NCBI RefSeq assembly: GCF_009914755.1
Contig: NC_060937.1
Source of the DNA: the human T2T-CHM13v2.0 reference genome, Homo sapiens
Direction: 5' to 3' (one strand)
Length of the DNA stretch: 64,000 nucleotides
The notes beneath the pieces were generated by a model. It did no database searches, had not been told where the DNA came from, and saw only the letters and a list, made by a program, of their open reading frames with translations. This document shows, piece after piece, positions 43,788 through 57,462 of this stretch (positions within the stretch are counted from its first letter, which is position 1; each line of letters starts with the position of its first letter). Both the position numbers and the translations under genes were made by a program.

Positions 43788-44327
43788 TGAAATGAATTGA
43801 AATGATCTCCTCCTAAGCTTTGCCAAGCATTGTAATTAAAACTAGAAATAGACCATGCAGTGAATCTAAACTCTCTCTGAGCTACATCCAAGATTTTCAT
43901 TATGCAGAGAAGAAGGGAGATGGAAATTGTTGTCAGATATTTTTGTACGTGAATAAGAATATTACGATATTGTAATTATTTGCAAATGTTATGAATTTCT
44001 TTTTTTCCCACTCCACATCCCCACTAGGTTGTAAGGTCCTCATGGGAGACAGTGAAGAAGTATTTATTGTGCTCTGCCAGGTGCCAGACAGGCACTGTTA
44101 TAGGTGCTGAGGTGTGAATGAGACAAAGTCTACTCTTCCACTCTGTGGCGGGGACTAACTTTCCATCATGGTATCACTTTACTCCTATTAATGCAGTACC
44201 TAAAACACAGTGTGTGGTACGCAGCAGGGACTTAATACATTTTTGCTGAATGTATAAGTATGAATAATATATACTAACTTGGGTTTTCAACTTTCAAACT
44301 TGTAATGAAATTAATCTGTAGCGTTTC

Positions 44328-44616
<289 letters not shown>

Positions 44617-45164
44617 AACTTATCGTTGCAATTACTGGTGGTCAAATGAGAATTTAATCCATGTTTTCTGAAATATGAGAACTTTAGTTTACAAAAAGTT
44701 GAAAATGAAAAGAAGCTTAGAATGAGGAAAGATTTGGAGTTCTCAATACACAGAAATGAAGGGCAAAACTTTTTCTAGATATAATTTTCTACCATTAGGC
44801 TTGTAAAAATATGTATATATAGATACACACATACATATATATAAAATGCTAAAATGTATTTGTAAGTATAGGATTGACTTTAGCTTTTTAAACACAGTGG
44901 ATGGTTTAGGCAAAATTATTAACTCCCTACACAATTTTTGTGAATACCTTTAAGTGTGAAAAAAGATAAGATACAAGATAAAGGAAACTTACATTAAAAA
45001 AATAGAAAATGATCTTTTTTGTCACAACTTCAGTTTTTTTTTTTTTTTTTGCTTTTAGGTATGTAATGTGGGTTTGAGTGGGTCACAGTTGAACTCAATA
45101 AAATGCTTTTTTTGTGTGTGTAGAAGAGAAGTTCTGACTTTTAGTGTGTAGATGGAACTTTATC

Positions 45165-45470
45165 ACAGTGGCCTCCAAATTTTTTGATCACGTATCCCCA
45201 CCAAAAAAATTTTTTTTGAATATGCATCTCAACATATGCATTTCAAATAAATATACTTAATTTGAGTATGCATCTCAAATATTAAATTATTTTAAAATTG
45301 TTTATCTCAAAGTATAGTTTATATATGTTATTTTATAAGAGATACAGCAAAGTAAACAATTTTAAAGAATAGAATGAATGAGGAAACCTAAATAGGGCCC
45401 TACTATTTGTTCCCCACTCCAAGGATCACCTTGCACACCCCTCTGAATTTTTCCCAGTTGAGAGCTGACC
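45165..45470. mobile_element. Possible hAT-Charlie-type DNA element remnant
   Basis: CAGTGGCCTCCAAATTTTTTGATCAC start and CCCAGTTGAGAG end resemble Charlie-family termini. Confidence 0.4.
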
Positions 45471-48407
45471 AGTCTTTCAGATGAAATCACCAGCATGATT
45501 CAGACTCCTGTGGTTTATTGGTTGACAAGGAGAGCATGTCTAATTTTGTGTTCAGCAAAGCTGCTGGTAGGATTGTTGCCCAGGCTGTCTCATCTCTCCT
45601 TCTGGATGATTTAAATGGTTTCTTACTCATGCCTTCCTGCCTGGCACACCCCAGTTCCTAGCACAGTGCCTGGGGCAGCATGAGAGGGACATTGAGTGTA
45701 GACCCACGGAGTGCCAGTGACAATACTGTGGGACACGGCAGCCAGGTAGACAGCTGGAGAGCACCATCTTTCCCCTTTTCTGGGAAGCCCAGCTGTCTTC
45801 TTAGGTTTTCTGTGACTCCTGGCTGCCTCACCTTGGGCTTTTTGAGCACACACACAGTGCGTGGGCAGGAATAGACTTGTCACCACTGCCATACAGCTGC
45901 ACATCTTGCCGACAGTCCAGTCATGGAGTCCCAGTCAGGCAAAGGGCAATGAAAGAAAGGGTAAAATGGCTCTTCTTCCGTGTGTGCTTGAGAAGCACAC
46001 ATCTTCTCTCGTGAAGAGTGCCCAGGCTTGGAAACTGCTCCAAGGAAGGGTGGCTGTGAGAGACACTTTTCCGTATTATGCTTTCCTTGCGGAAACGTCT
46101 TCAGCTGCTTCCTTGCCTTCCTAGTCTTCTGTCTCCAATCCATTCTCCACACTGATGGCAGAAGTACCTTCAAAACCCAGACAGGAGTGTCACTTGTGCA
46201 CAGAGATCCCTTCAAATTCTTGCTTTTGAAGGATACAGCCCACGTTCTTTAATGTGGCACCCAATGCTTAGGATGAACCGCTGCCTGGATCTGCTTTGCC
46301 AGGAGCACCCTGTGTGCCTCTTTGCCTATGCAACTCGAGTCTGTCTATTTGCTGTTTTCCAAACACATCATGCAGTCTGATTTATACTTGTGGCCAAGTG
46401 AATTTCTCTCTCAGATGCCTTTCTCTTGCCTTCTCCACCTGAAGAAGCAGGACTCTTTATTTAAATTCAATGGAAATATTACTTCTTCTGCAAAACCTTC
46501 ATTACACCCCCAGTTCTAATCCTATTTATTCTAGTTAGCATTTCTTATGTTTTCCTTTGGGCCCTAGGAATACTTTGTTCCCATTATTACATAAGTCACA
46601 GTACAGTTTACAGTGTGGTCAATTGTATTTCTCTGTTCCCTAATGTATCTAAAGGGCATGGACCACATTCTTTTTTTTTTTGGTTTCCTAACACACAGCT
46701 ATGGCTCTTGTACATAGTAGGTGCTCGATGAACGCTCATTGGGTTGAACTGATTTAAAAATTATGATTATTTTTGTCCCGCATTGGATGCATAGATGTGG
46801 CCTCACAGTATCTCGCTTGTATGGCTGCTGTGTACTTAGGTCTCCAGTTGAAGGAGGAATCACCATCTTCCATTTCTATGCATAATTGGCCTGTGTGTGC
46901 CTGTGTTGTCTCTGGTGTGTGTGGCCTGAGGGGGAATGAGGCTGAAGCTGGAGGAAAGATAATGTAGTGTCAAGGGCATGGTTAACTCTCATTCTGTATC
47001 TGCTACGAAGTAGGCACCAGGCCCTCTTTCTCCTCTTCTGTAAGATGAAGAGCTCGAGTTAGACATCTGGAATGTTTCTTCCCAGTCTGGATGGATCCCA
47101 AGAATTCTGTAGTTTGAATTTCTCAGCCTTCTTTCTCAAGTCTTCTCTGTGTGACCCATGATGTTCTCTGTGCACACAAAATGTTTGTGCAGTGAGACCT
47201 TTTTGTCTCTTTTGTAAGGAGCTGGGAGGGAGGCTCCTGGGCAGCAGGTTATTTCCCTTTGGTCTGTTCCTCCAGCAGGTGAGGGGGAAGGTGAGAGTGA
47301 AAGTCTTGTTCCTCAGGGGCTGGAATCTCATATTTCCCACTGGGTTTGTGGTTATCATGCCTCGTGTGGCAGTGAGAATGAGGAGTGACTAAAATATCTC
47401 ATTTTCATTGTGATGAGATTGAGAGAAGGAAAGAAACGGGCAATGGTTGTGTTACTAAATACACTAACATTTGGAGCCTCCAGGAATCTTTATCTGTGTG
47501 AAGTTGCATGAAGCTCAGTAAACTAAATTGGAGATTTTTTTTTTCTAAACGGTTAGAAACTGATCTCATTACGAAAGAAGGTAAATAGGAGATTTGGGGA
47601 AATCACTTTCGTAAAGTAAATGTGTAAATGTGAAATTCATTTAAAGCGTATTTTCCTATTTTGGGATTAATTTTCTCTTTTCATCTATGTAGTTTTTGTT
47701 TGCTTGTTTTTGTCTTCAGGTTTACCTTGAGAGTAGATCTAAAAGGTCAGAGGTAAATGGGTTAATACTTCTTCAGAAAAATATACAGGATTCTGATATC
47801 CTATTAGAATGTGGAAATAAGAAAAACTATATTGCTAATGAGTATAACGATTTGATTAGAAGGAGAATATGAATAATTTTAACTTGGGGATGGTGTTTGA
47901 TTATTGTATTCACGTGATAATTTGTCCATGTATCCGTTCATTCATTTGCTTATTTATTTCCTATTTATAGCTTTGACTCATCCAGCACTGTGATGAGTGC
48001 AAAGCAATGAAACAGATAGCTATACTTGTAAATAATTCAGGGCAGTGTGAAATTTCCCATAGTAGAGGAATGGACAGATGTTTTGGCATCCCAGAGGAGT
48101 GTTTAAATAACTGCTTGGGGAGGTTGAGCGGTAGCATTTAAAATGGGTCTTGAGGGATAAATAGGAGCCTCAGAAAAGGAAGGGCAGGCAGGTTAGGTCA
48201 CGTGACCCTTCAAATGTCACAATTAAAATACGCTGCCAGGTTGAAATTTCGAGAGGATGTTAGATTACACACTTGGCCAGGGGATTAGAGTATTCATTAA
48301 CATTGGTCACTTTTGTTCTTATCAGAAAGTTTAGAGGCATGGCTCTGATAATTACTTTTAGAGTCTTAATCTAAACTGTTTGAGTATTATAAAAATACTT
48401 AAAGAAG

Positions 48408-48667
48408 TTTTTTGATGGAGTCTTACTCTGTCACCCAGGCTGGAGTATAGTGGCATGATCTCAGCTCACTGCATCCTCCTGCCTCAGCCTCCCGAGTAGC
48501 GGGGATTACAGTGCGTGCCACCAAGCCTGGCTAATTTTTGTGTTTTTAGTAGAGATGGGGTTTCACCATGTTGACCGGGCTGATCTTGAATTCCTGACAT
48601 CAAGTGATCTGCCAGCCTCACCCTTCCAAAGTGTTGGGATTACAGGCGTGAGCCCCCATGCTTGGCT
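48408..48667 (-). mobile_element. AluS with small internal deletion
   Basis: GCTCACTGCA joins directly to TCCTCCTGCCTCAGCC. Confidence 0.9.
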
Positions 48668-51600
48668 TTCAAGATACTTTAAAACATCAAGAATAATTGA
48701 CCATAATAAATGCCTCCTTAAAAAAGAATGCCATGAAAAAATTAATCTCCTTCAAGAAGCTTGCATTTAACAAAAGGAATTGACCTTTTCTTTAAAAAAC
48801 GTAGCTGGTACAGGTACTAACATTGTAAGGATGTTGGAACATACAGCATGGAGTCTGCAAAAGTGACACTGGAGGATGGCGCAGAGATGGGGGAGGTGCT
48901 AACATTTCTCGTTTGTATCCCTTTGTAGCACTTACATTATTTTGCCCAGAATTGTAATTCCTGCTGGTCTCTTTGTTAGATGAAATTTTTTGGAGTCAGA
49001 GTCTTTGGCTTTATAATTTTTCTATTTCTTGAAGACCAGGCAGGGCAATTTATGTGCAGTTGGCACATGGTAAATGTTTGTTGACCCAATTATTCACTCC
49101 GTCATGAACACGCACATGCAGTGTCTACTGTACATGAGCATCGAATAGTGATAGCACTGATACAGGGTTGTGAACTTGTAGAGTCAGGGTGTTTCCACAG
49201 GAATTAGTCAGCTACTGAAACTGAAAATGAGAGAGGTTAAGTGACTTGCTCAAAGGCCCAAAACTTGTAGATGCAGAGTGAGGACCAGCCTCATGCTGAC
49301 TGCCTCAGACCAGTACTTTGCAGCCGTTCCTAGCCTCATCCTGACAGGTGCTTCTTAAAACAGGTGTTTACTAGTAGGTTTGGTTATGTTTCCAAGGACA
49401 CAACAGGGCCCTGGTTTATATGGCTCCATGTAATCAGTAACCAAGGTATGATGGGTTTCAACTCTGTTTCCAAAGCACAGAAAGTTTCCTTTAGTAAATA
49501 CCTCATTTGGGGCAGTTTTTTCTGCTGGGCAGACACACATGAGTCAAAGAAGTTTCTTGCATGGTGTTCCATATTGTGGGGCAGGTGGCAGGAGCCCTGT
49601 AGGTCCCTCTGTCCCAGAATTGAGAGACATATCCACCTCTTTAAAAGGAGACAATGAAGTACCTCAGATCCTTAAAATCCTATATCGACTTAGGTTATTT
49701 TTATTATGTTATTTGAATATGTGCACACATTAAACTAGATAACTAGATATAAATTCCTTATACTTCTTTGACAACTATAATTCAAAACATTTATATGCCA
49801 AAATTCAAGTTAAACGGCAAGATCAGTAAAATGCACACTGACACAGTGGATTTCATATGAAGGAAGATGCTCCCTGACTGAGACGAAGATGCTGCCTCAC
49901 TGTAAATCCAGCCTTGGCGCTTGGTGCAGCTTCCTGTGAGCTCAGGGTGCCTGTTCTGCAGAGCACCTCAGGATGACTTGTTCCCCTGCCCCACTTCTTC
50001 CTATGTGAGTTCCTGGGACAACAAATGATCTCATCTGATCTTCACTTATCTCAGACACACCACCGATGTACTCAGTGTGCCTTTTCTTTTTCCTGTTGGT
50101 CCTGATGGTGAAAGTATTGTAGCACTGTGTACCACTGACAATAATTTTAAACCCCAGTCCATTCTTGGGGGACAGTTATGTGGTTGTGGGATGGTCATCT
50201 GTGGGCTCCTGGATACCCTTAAAACAATTCTAGTACTTTTTCATTGACCTGGAAAGGCAAAGTAAAGACATTCTTGGAGGGAACTTGTGGCCCCGCAGAT
50301 TATGCCCTTTGCCTTCTAGGTATCTGCGGTGCCAGTGTGGGAGAACACTGCATAGGCACGAAGCTCTGGGCAGGGTCAGAGTTGGGGACGGAGGCCAACC
50401 CATGCAGTTCATCAGAGACCCCCTTGTCTCCGTCAGGTGCTCTGCAGGAGCAATTTGGAGCCACTTTTGAACAAGGAGAATGACCTTATGTGTTCGTGGA
50501 ACAGGATACCACACCACATGGCAAGGACCACTCAGCTTCTGATTTGTCACTGTAGTGGTTCAGTTCCGATTGCTTTGATGGGAGACGTTCAGACACGTCC
50601 TGTACAAAGAATGCAGTTCACACAAAGGAGATGAATAGGTTCATTTCCTTAGTAACCTACCTGATAACAGGCATGCCCTGGAGATGGGTGGTTTTCAACG
50701 GATATTTTGAGTAATTGAGCATTGCCTTATGCTGTGTTTCATATGTGCGTGACCAATTTTCAAAGAATTGAATAATAATTCTTAGACGATATGGAGGGCA
50801 GCTTCTGCTGTATGACTGAGTCCATACATCGTCCTGGTTTTAGAGACGAGGAGGTGAGATTTTAGTGGCTTAGTGACTTGTTGAAGGTCACATAGATGAT
50901 GACAAGTCAGGATTTGAATGTAGGTAAATTAGTAAATCTTGTCTGATACATATGCATGTTAAGAGTGGCCATCCATTTTTGTAAATAAAAATATATTTAC
51001 TAGAATTAATCACATGAATATTTTTAACTGGAATTAACCATATAGTGGGGCAAGGTTTTAATATTTCTTACACAGATGTGATTTTGGAGGATTTTTTTTT
51101 TTTTTTTCCAGTAGCCTAGTTTTAACTTAGTGGTTCATTTGTTTCCTTAGCATCTATACTGCTGGCCATTAGTTAGTGGACAATCGTCTTTTAAAATAAT
51201 GTATCTATTTGATTTTAGTTACAGTGTTGAGCATGGTAGCTACATTTACTAATTGTCTAAGGCATACTTAAAACATCCCAAGCTAGTATAGAACACAGGT
51301 CTGGAGATTTTCCAGGTTTGGGAAAGGATTATTTTAAATTATTAGTTGCTCAGCAGAGACATTTCCCGTCTGGGATGCGAATTTGGAGGAATATTGTCGT
51401 GGGTTCCCAGGAACATGCTCAGGAATCCCGGAGCAGAGTTTTCCTAAGAACAGGTGCAGCTTTCGCACATGAGCCCAACGCCCCTCTTTCCCACGCTGGA
51501 TTTTACTCTCTTCCCTGCTTCACACTGCTGCATTTTCTGAAGTGCCCCTGCCTGGGTCCCTGCCTGAGAAGCCTGATAAGAGAGCCTGAGAGAGTAGTTT

Positions 51601-52504
51601 TGGGAAGCCCTGAGTCAGATGCCTATTAAAGCTGCCCCATTTTGTAAAGCAGAGCTCTGCGAAGGCAGGGACTTGGTGACTGTGCTTCCCATGGTCCTGC
51701 CAGTGCTTAAAACCGAGTCTTGCATGCACTTGGCACCTAATGAATGTTGAACGAATGAATGTATTGTCAGTGGGATCCCAAATCATCTTTTTTTTTTTTC
51801 TTACAAAAAATGGACTAGGCAGACCCTAGTTGATAAGTACTTGATTCTTGAATAGGTATTTGAGAGCTGGAGGAGTTGACATGTAGACCTGTGGTTCCTG
51901 ATTTTGAGTATAAGGTTCCTTTTTTGATAAAAAGTGTTAGGGAGCCCCACATGCTAGTAATTGCACTTCTAAGTGTCTTATGATTGAAAGAATGCATTAT
52001 GACAGCAATTCCTCTGAATTCATTAACACTTTCAAATGAATTCCTCACTGAGCAGTCTGTGTGAGGGTCTTTCTTGTCTGTGGCTTCCTGACAGTGCTGA
52101 CTCCTGCTTCCCCTCATCCTGAGCCTTGAGGCACACTGGAGAAGTCTGATCAGCTTGTAAGTTAGGGTCTGCAAGGATAACCAGGTGACAGTGGCTTCAG
52201 GGACAACAGAGGCCCAAGCCCAGCGTCTCCAAGCTCTTCCTGCTTCTTCCACCTCCTGGCCTCCTAAATCCTGGCATTCCTTCCTCTCACCTCTCCCACA
52301 TCACCCCTGTTTTCAGAATGGATTGTTCATTGCATGGAACCCTGGAGAACCCCTCAACCAGAGCCTCAGTGTCATGGTCAGTTCCTGAATTGCAGAGCTT
52401 CCTACTTCTCTCCAGGGTAGCGTAGTCTCTCTGGGTTCCCTGAGTTAATACTGCTGCACAGCCTGATTCAGAATAGGGCTCAAATTGGAAGCTCTCTGTA
52501 ATCA

Positions 52505-52810
52505 GTCACACATTCGCACACTCGCTCACACACTCACACACTCTTCCATCCACACATAACACGCTTACATGCTCATGTACACATTAACTCTTCTGTTCAC
52601 ACACTCCCATTCACACAAGTACTCCCATGCTTACACACTCATTTGCTCACACACATTCTTCTTTTCATAGTTCACTCACACACACTGACTTGCTCACTCT
52701 TCCATTCACAGACATACCCACGTGCTTATACACACACTCACTTGCTCACACCCACTCACACACTAGCATTCACCTACAACACACACACCCTCATACTCAT
52801 GCACTACCTC
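52505..52810. repeat. Degenerate (CA)/(CACT)-rich low-complexity tract
   Basis: About 300 bp of CACACTCA-like units. Confidence 0.85.
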
Positions 52811-52905
52811 ACAACCCCTTGTTTCTTGTTTTCTTTCCCAAAGTCAACAAGTCTTATTGATTACCTACTAATAATGCATGCTGGGTGCTTTGTAGGTGCT
52901 GGAAA

Positions 52906-53501
52906 TACGTTGATCCTCATTGTTCACAGATTCTGGTTTTTGTGAATTCGCCTACTTACTAAAACTTGCTTGTAACCCCCAAATCAATATTTGTCTGACT
53001 TTCATGGTTATTTGTGGTCGTGGGCAAAAAATGTGAGTAGCATCCATGCACACGCTCCCAGCTGAGGTTGAAGAAGATGCTGTTCTTGTCTCAGCTCTGC
53101 TGGAAGCAAGGGTCCTCTTTGGGATCTGTTTCGTGCCATGTGCCATGTTTTGTGCTTTTTATTGGTGATTTTGCTGTAGAAAACATCCTCAGTGTAATAC
53201 TGAAGTGCGGTCAACTGTTGCTAAGCGCAAGAAGGCTGTAATGCGGCTTAAGGAGCAAATATGTGTGTTAGAGAAGCCGCTGGTTGTGAGTTTGATGTTA
53301 ATTAATCAGCAACAGATATTAAATGAGGTGTCATTCAACAGAAACACACATAAAACAAGGTTACGTATCTGTTGGCTGACAAAAATCTTATGACCAGAGG
53401 CTCACAGGAACCCAACCCTGTATTTCCCCCGGGAGCAATGGTTCAGTATTCTAGGAGACTTTATAGAACTTAACTACCTCAAATAAGGAGAATCAGCTGT
53501 A
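52906..53501. mobile_element. Tigger4/MER46-like DNA transposon
   Basis: TA-flanked ends (TAC)GTTGATCCTC ... GAGAATCAGCTG(TA). Internal GAATTCGCCTACTT.CTAAAA.TT...TGTAACCCCCAAATCAATA. Confidence 0.82.
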
Positions 53502-56500
53502 CCTACAAATGCAAATGTACTTCCTCATGTGGGTGATCTTAGAGCTGATTCAGGAAGAACTTGCAACTTCATTGAGGGAGTCAGACATGTAAACCAAGAA
53601 TTATAATTTGGTGTGATGAATGTTAGAATTATAAACAAAAGGGGCTTGGAGAGCTTGCAGGAGGGAGCTTAATTCTAGGAGTAGGAGAGAATGTCAGGAT
53701 TATTCACAGAGGAGATGGAGAAAAACAGGCAGGTGTTCTCAGTAGAGAAACCTTTTCAGCCAAGAAGGCAACTTTGCTGCAGGGTTTAGAAACATGGAGG
53801 CTTCTGGATGTCTCCGGATTCTGTGGTCTTTCCTCTGTCCCTGCCTCATCTGCCTCATCTTGTCTCTGCTTCTGTTTATCCTAGTTGCTGCCAGAGGCAT
53901 CTTTGCTGACATGTGGAGAGTCCTCCCCTGTCAGCATCAGCAGCCCCTCCGGGGCTGTCGTTCAGCGTCCTGGCCCGAGAGATGCCCTCCATCCTTACAA
54001 AGTGGAGTGGGAACCACTGTCCTGGGCCAGCTTTGGCAGTGGCCTGGTCGCCTCACCCCTCCCGACTCCCCCTCACCAGGGACTGACTTGAACTTGGTCA
54101 GAAACATCATTTGTCAGCCGGCTGGCCTGGTGTGCCTCAGTGGCACTGTGACAACCGGCTGAGAAAAATGTCTGCATCCCTGACACCCCCGTTGCAGAGG
54201 GCTTCCCCCGAGGACTAAAAGGTTATGGTGCTAAGTGTGAGAGCCACACTCAGAGCTGTCTTCTTCATGCTGTCTCTAAATGCTTACGATCCTGACATTA
54301 ATTGATTCCCTTTTAATCTTTTTTTTTTTTTTGTAATTCTTCATTGAAATCTCTGTTGAAGTTTGCTGCTTCTTTGTAATGAAGTGCCCAAAGCTTAAAT
54401 GCAGTATTCTAAGAACAGACTTGCCAAGGTCGTACCAAAGACATCCCTGTCCCCATGGTACATAGCGTGATTGTTTTGCTGTAGCCCTGAATTATTTTTG
54501 CCTATTTAGCTGCCATGTTGCATTGTGTGTTCACACATAATCAGCTGTCCGCTCTCAGCTTTAGGTTCTCCTGCTCTATTCCTTTCTTTCTCCCTCCCCA
54601 CTTTGCTTCCTCCCTTCCTTTTCCCCCCTTCTTTCGTTTTCCATGTGAATTTCTGTGTTTCAGCTATTTTTCTTCTGGTTGTGTTGACTTGGCTTGTATT
54701 CTTTTTCCTTTTCTCTCTTTTTCAAGCTGATTTTCATTTTGCTGCGTTTTGATGGGAGACTCTAGTCTATACTTGCATGCTGACCAGTTGCAACTTGGAG
54801 ATGAAGCACGGTTAGTGGAAGCACAGGCCCCGGGATCGCCACTTTGTCACTCACTGGCCCTGCAGCCATGGGCCGTCTTCTCACTCTTTCTGAGCTGAGG
54901 CTATAGAACGGGCTAACGATAGACACTTCATAGCTGGGCTGTGAGGATTAGAGAAGATGACGCCTACAAAGTGGCCCATGTAGTGCTTGACTTTTGTGTC
55001 TGCTCAGCACATGGTCATGCTCCCAAGTGTGTGGGGGTGACAGAAATGCTGTACTCACACGAGAGACGCACTGACACTGTGTTTCTTGCGAGTTTGAATT
55101 CTGAAATTAAGACCCATGACACAGCCTCCGAAGATAAATAAAAAATTTCCTCCAGATCCCAACATGACATTCCTCAAATTATATATTAAAATGCCAACAA
55201 TAAAGCCTTATTTACCAAGATTAATTTTACATACTTTATTCTCATGTGCTGCTCATGATTATTTTATCTGCTCAATTAAACAAATTTCTTTTATGAGGGG
55301 TTTAATTTACTTTGTGATTATACTTATTATTTTTTAAATGGTGAACTTACAGGCTGCCATAGCACCCAAAATTCTGTCATCAGAGACGGTCTCTCAGGGT
55401 TAAGGCACAATTTTTAAAAAGGTCCATGCCAGCATATTCATTTGGTGTCTTGGAGGAATGGAATGACCAGATGGTCAGGTCACCTTATCCTTGAGAGAAT
55501 TAGACATAGCCCACCACAGTGTTGAGGAGGGGAAGGGCCATTTCTATTAATCTATCAAAAGGTGGTGTCAGCATAAGGGATGAGTTCCCGAGAAATCGGG
55601 GCTGACGTGAGTATAGTGGGGGCTAGGAGTTGGGGCCCAAGGAGTGGGGAGGGTGCCAGGGACAGCCTCATCTCCCTTGCATTCTTGCTTAGGACTTCTC
55701 TGTGGGTATTGGGTGGACATGGGGGTGCTGAGGGGACATGGGCATCCGCTGTGGGTATCTGAGAAATTCAAGAGCCACGTGGAAATATCATATAGTGCCC
55801 AGGGATCCCTGGCATCATTGATCTTCAGGGTGCGTTTTCTCTGCCTTGTGCTTATGTCCAGCTGCTCCCCCAGATTTGAGTGTGCTATGACATTGCTAAC
55901 TTTTTGTTTTCTTATGGGATTTGGCTTTTCTTCCCAGTAAGTTCTCTTTGGGCAGTTCATGATGTAGGGTTTATTGGTCAAGCCGACAGTTCATGAATGA
56001 GCCCTGTCTATTGAGGCCAACATTGGGAAGAGGATGCGGCAGGCCCCAGAGTGCAAGGAAGTAGCGATGCCTTCGAGGACTGTATCCTCCCAGTGGTCTC
56101 CCGGGGAAGAGAAGGAGAGCCCCTGGGGCCAAAGTGGCTGTCTTCTTCCCTGTCCTTTCCTCCTTGAAACAGCAATCTCATTCTCTGCCGCCTTCTGGAA
56201 GCGTGAACGCAGTCTGTGTTTTCCATCCTCTGCCCCTCCCTGCTGCACTGGGCAAGTTGATGCAGCCCGTTTCATTTGGTTTCTTTCCCTGTTTTCCAAC
56301 TGCACTGAGTCCCTTTTTTCATTTCCTGTTCAATATGTCCTTCCAGAGTTACTGTGGATAACTTTGCTTTCCACATTTTGATGTTTCCAAGACTGAATCA
56401 CTAGAATCTTAGGCTTACAGGGACCTTAGACATCTTAGTGCAATTTTTTCATTTTTACAGAGGAGAAAATGGAGCCCCGGGAATGTTAATCGACTCACCC

Positions 56501-57400
56501 ACAGTTACCCGAGTATGTGTGTGTGTTGCTGGAAGGTCAGCATGCCTCTACTAGGGACACTCTGTGCATCTTTTAGTTTTCAAAATCTGTCTTTGAGCTT
56601 ATACTGTCATTCTATTTGTTAATCTTTCGTTTTCTGTCCTTTTATTTCTACAAATCATGTGCTGAATTTAGTCTGCTTTCTCTATCATAGAAAGTCTGGT
56701 ACATTAAAAAAAATTCTGCCCCTTCCAGTATCTCCCATGATTATCATGGGAACAAAGTAGATGTAGTCAATTGTCTTTGTAGCATGTCTTTCTTGAATCC
56801 TTATTTCCTTAATTTTACTTCTCAGCCTTTTAGCTTTCCATTTCTTCTCTGTTGTCTGCCAATCTGATCCTTCAAGGGCATTCTACTCTCAGCTTTTACT
56901 GAGTAATGTTTAATTTGAAGTATTTTCAGCTTTTGCATATCTTTGATGTGCATTTTAAGTGATCATTGAATTATTTTACTACTCTTACCAGACACTAGTC
57001 TATGGGGGAAAAATGTTATATGTGATTTTTTTTTCAACTTGATGTTGTAAGATGTTAAATTTGATGAATTTTTCCTGTAGGTTTGTTTATGGAATGATTA
57101 AATGTACATTGACTAAACATTAACACAAGCAAAAATACTTCTCAAAGTAAATATTAAACTTTGAAAACTTGAATTCTATTATTCCCTGAGCAAGACTTTC
57201 TTTCCTCTGTGGGAGTACCCCTCTGAACATGTGTTAAAAGTTTATGAGCTAATATGATTTGCTAAACAAACATTCATTTTTATAGGCAGCTTCCAAGGAA
57301 GACCTCTCAATTGTCTAGTTTGTCCTGTGGTATATTTGGCAGGTTCTGTCCTTGGCAGCAGACTGGGTACCACATGGTTGGTGAGCATGCAGCACTGAAG

Positions 57401-57415
57401 ATGTGTGCGTGTGTG

Positions 57416-57455
<40 letters not shown>
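57401..57455. repeat. Interrupted (GT)n microsatellite
   Basis: About 55 nt of alternating purine-pyrimidine. Confidence 0.95.

Positions 57456-57462
<7 letters not shown>

Noticed and set aside
52505-52810. His/Thr-rich ORFs
   Set aside because: Translation of degenerate CA-rich low-complexity sequence.
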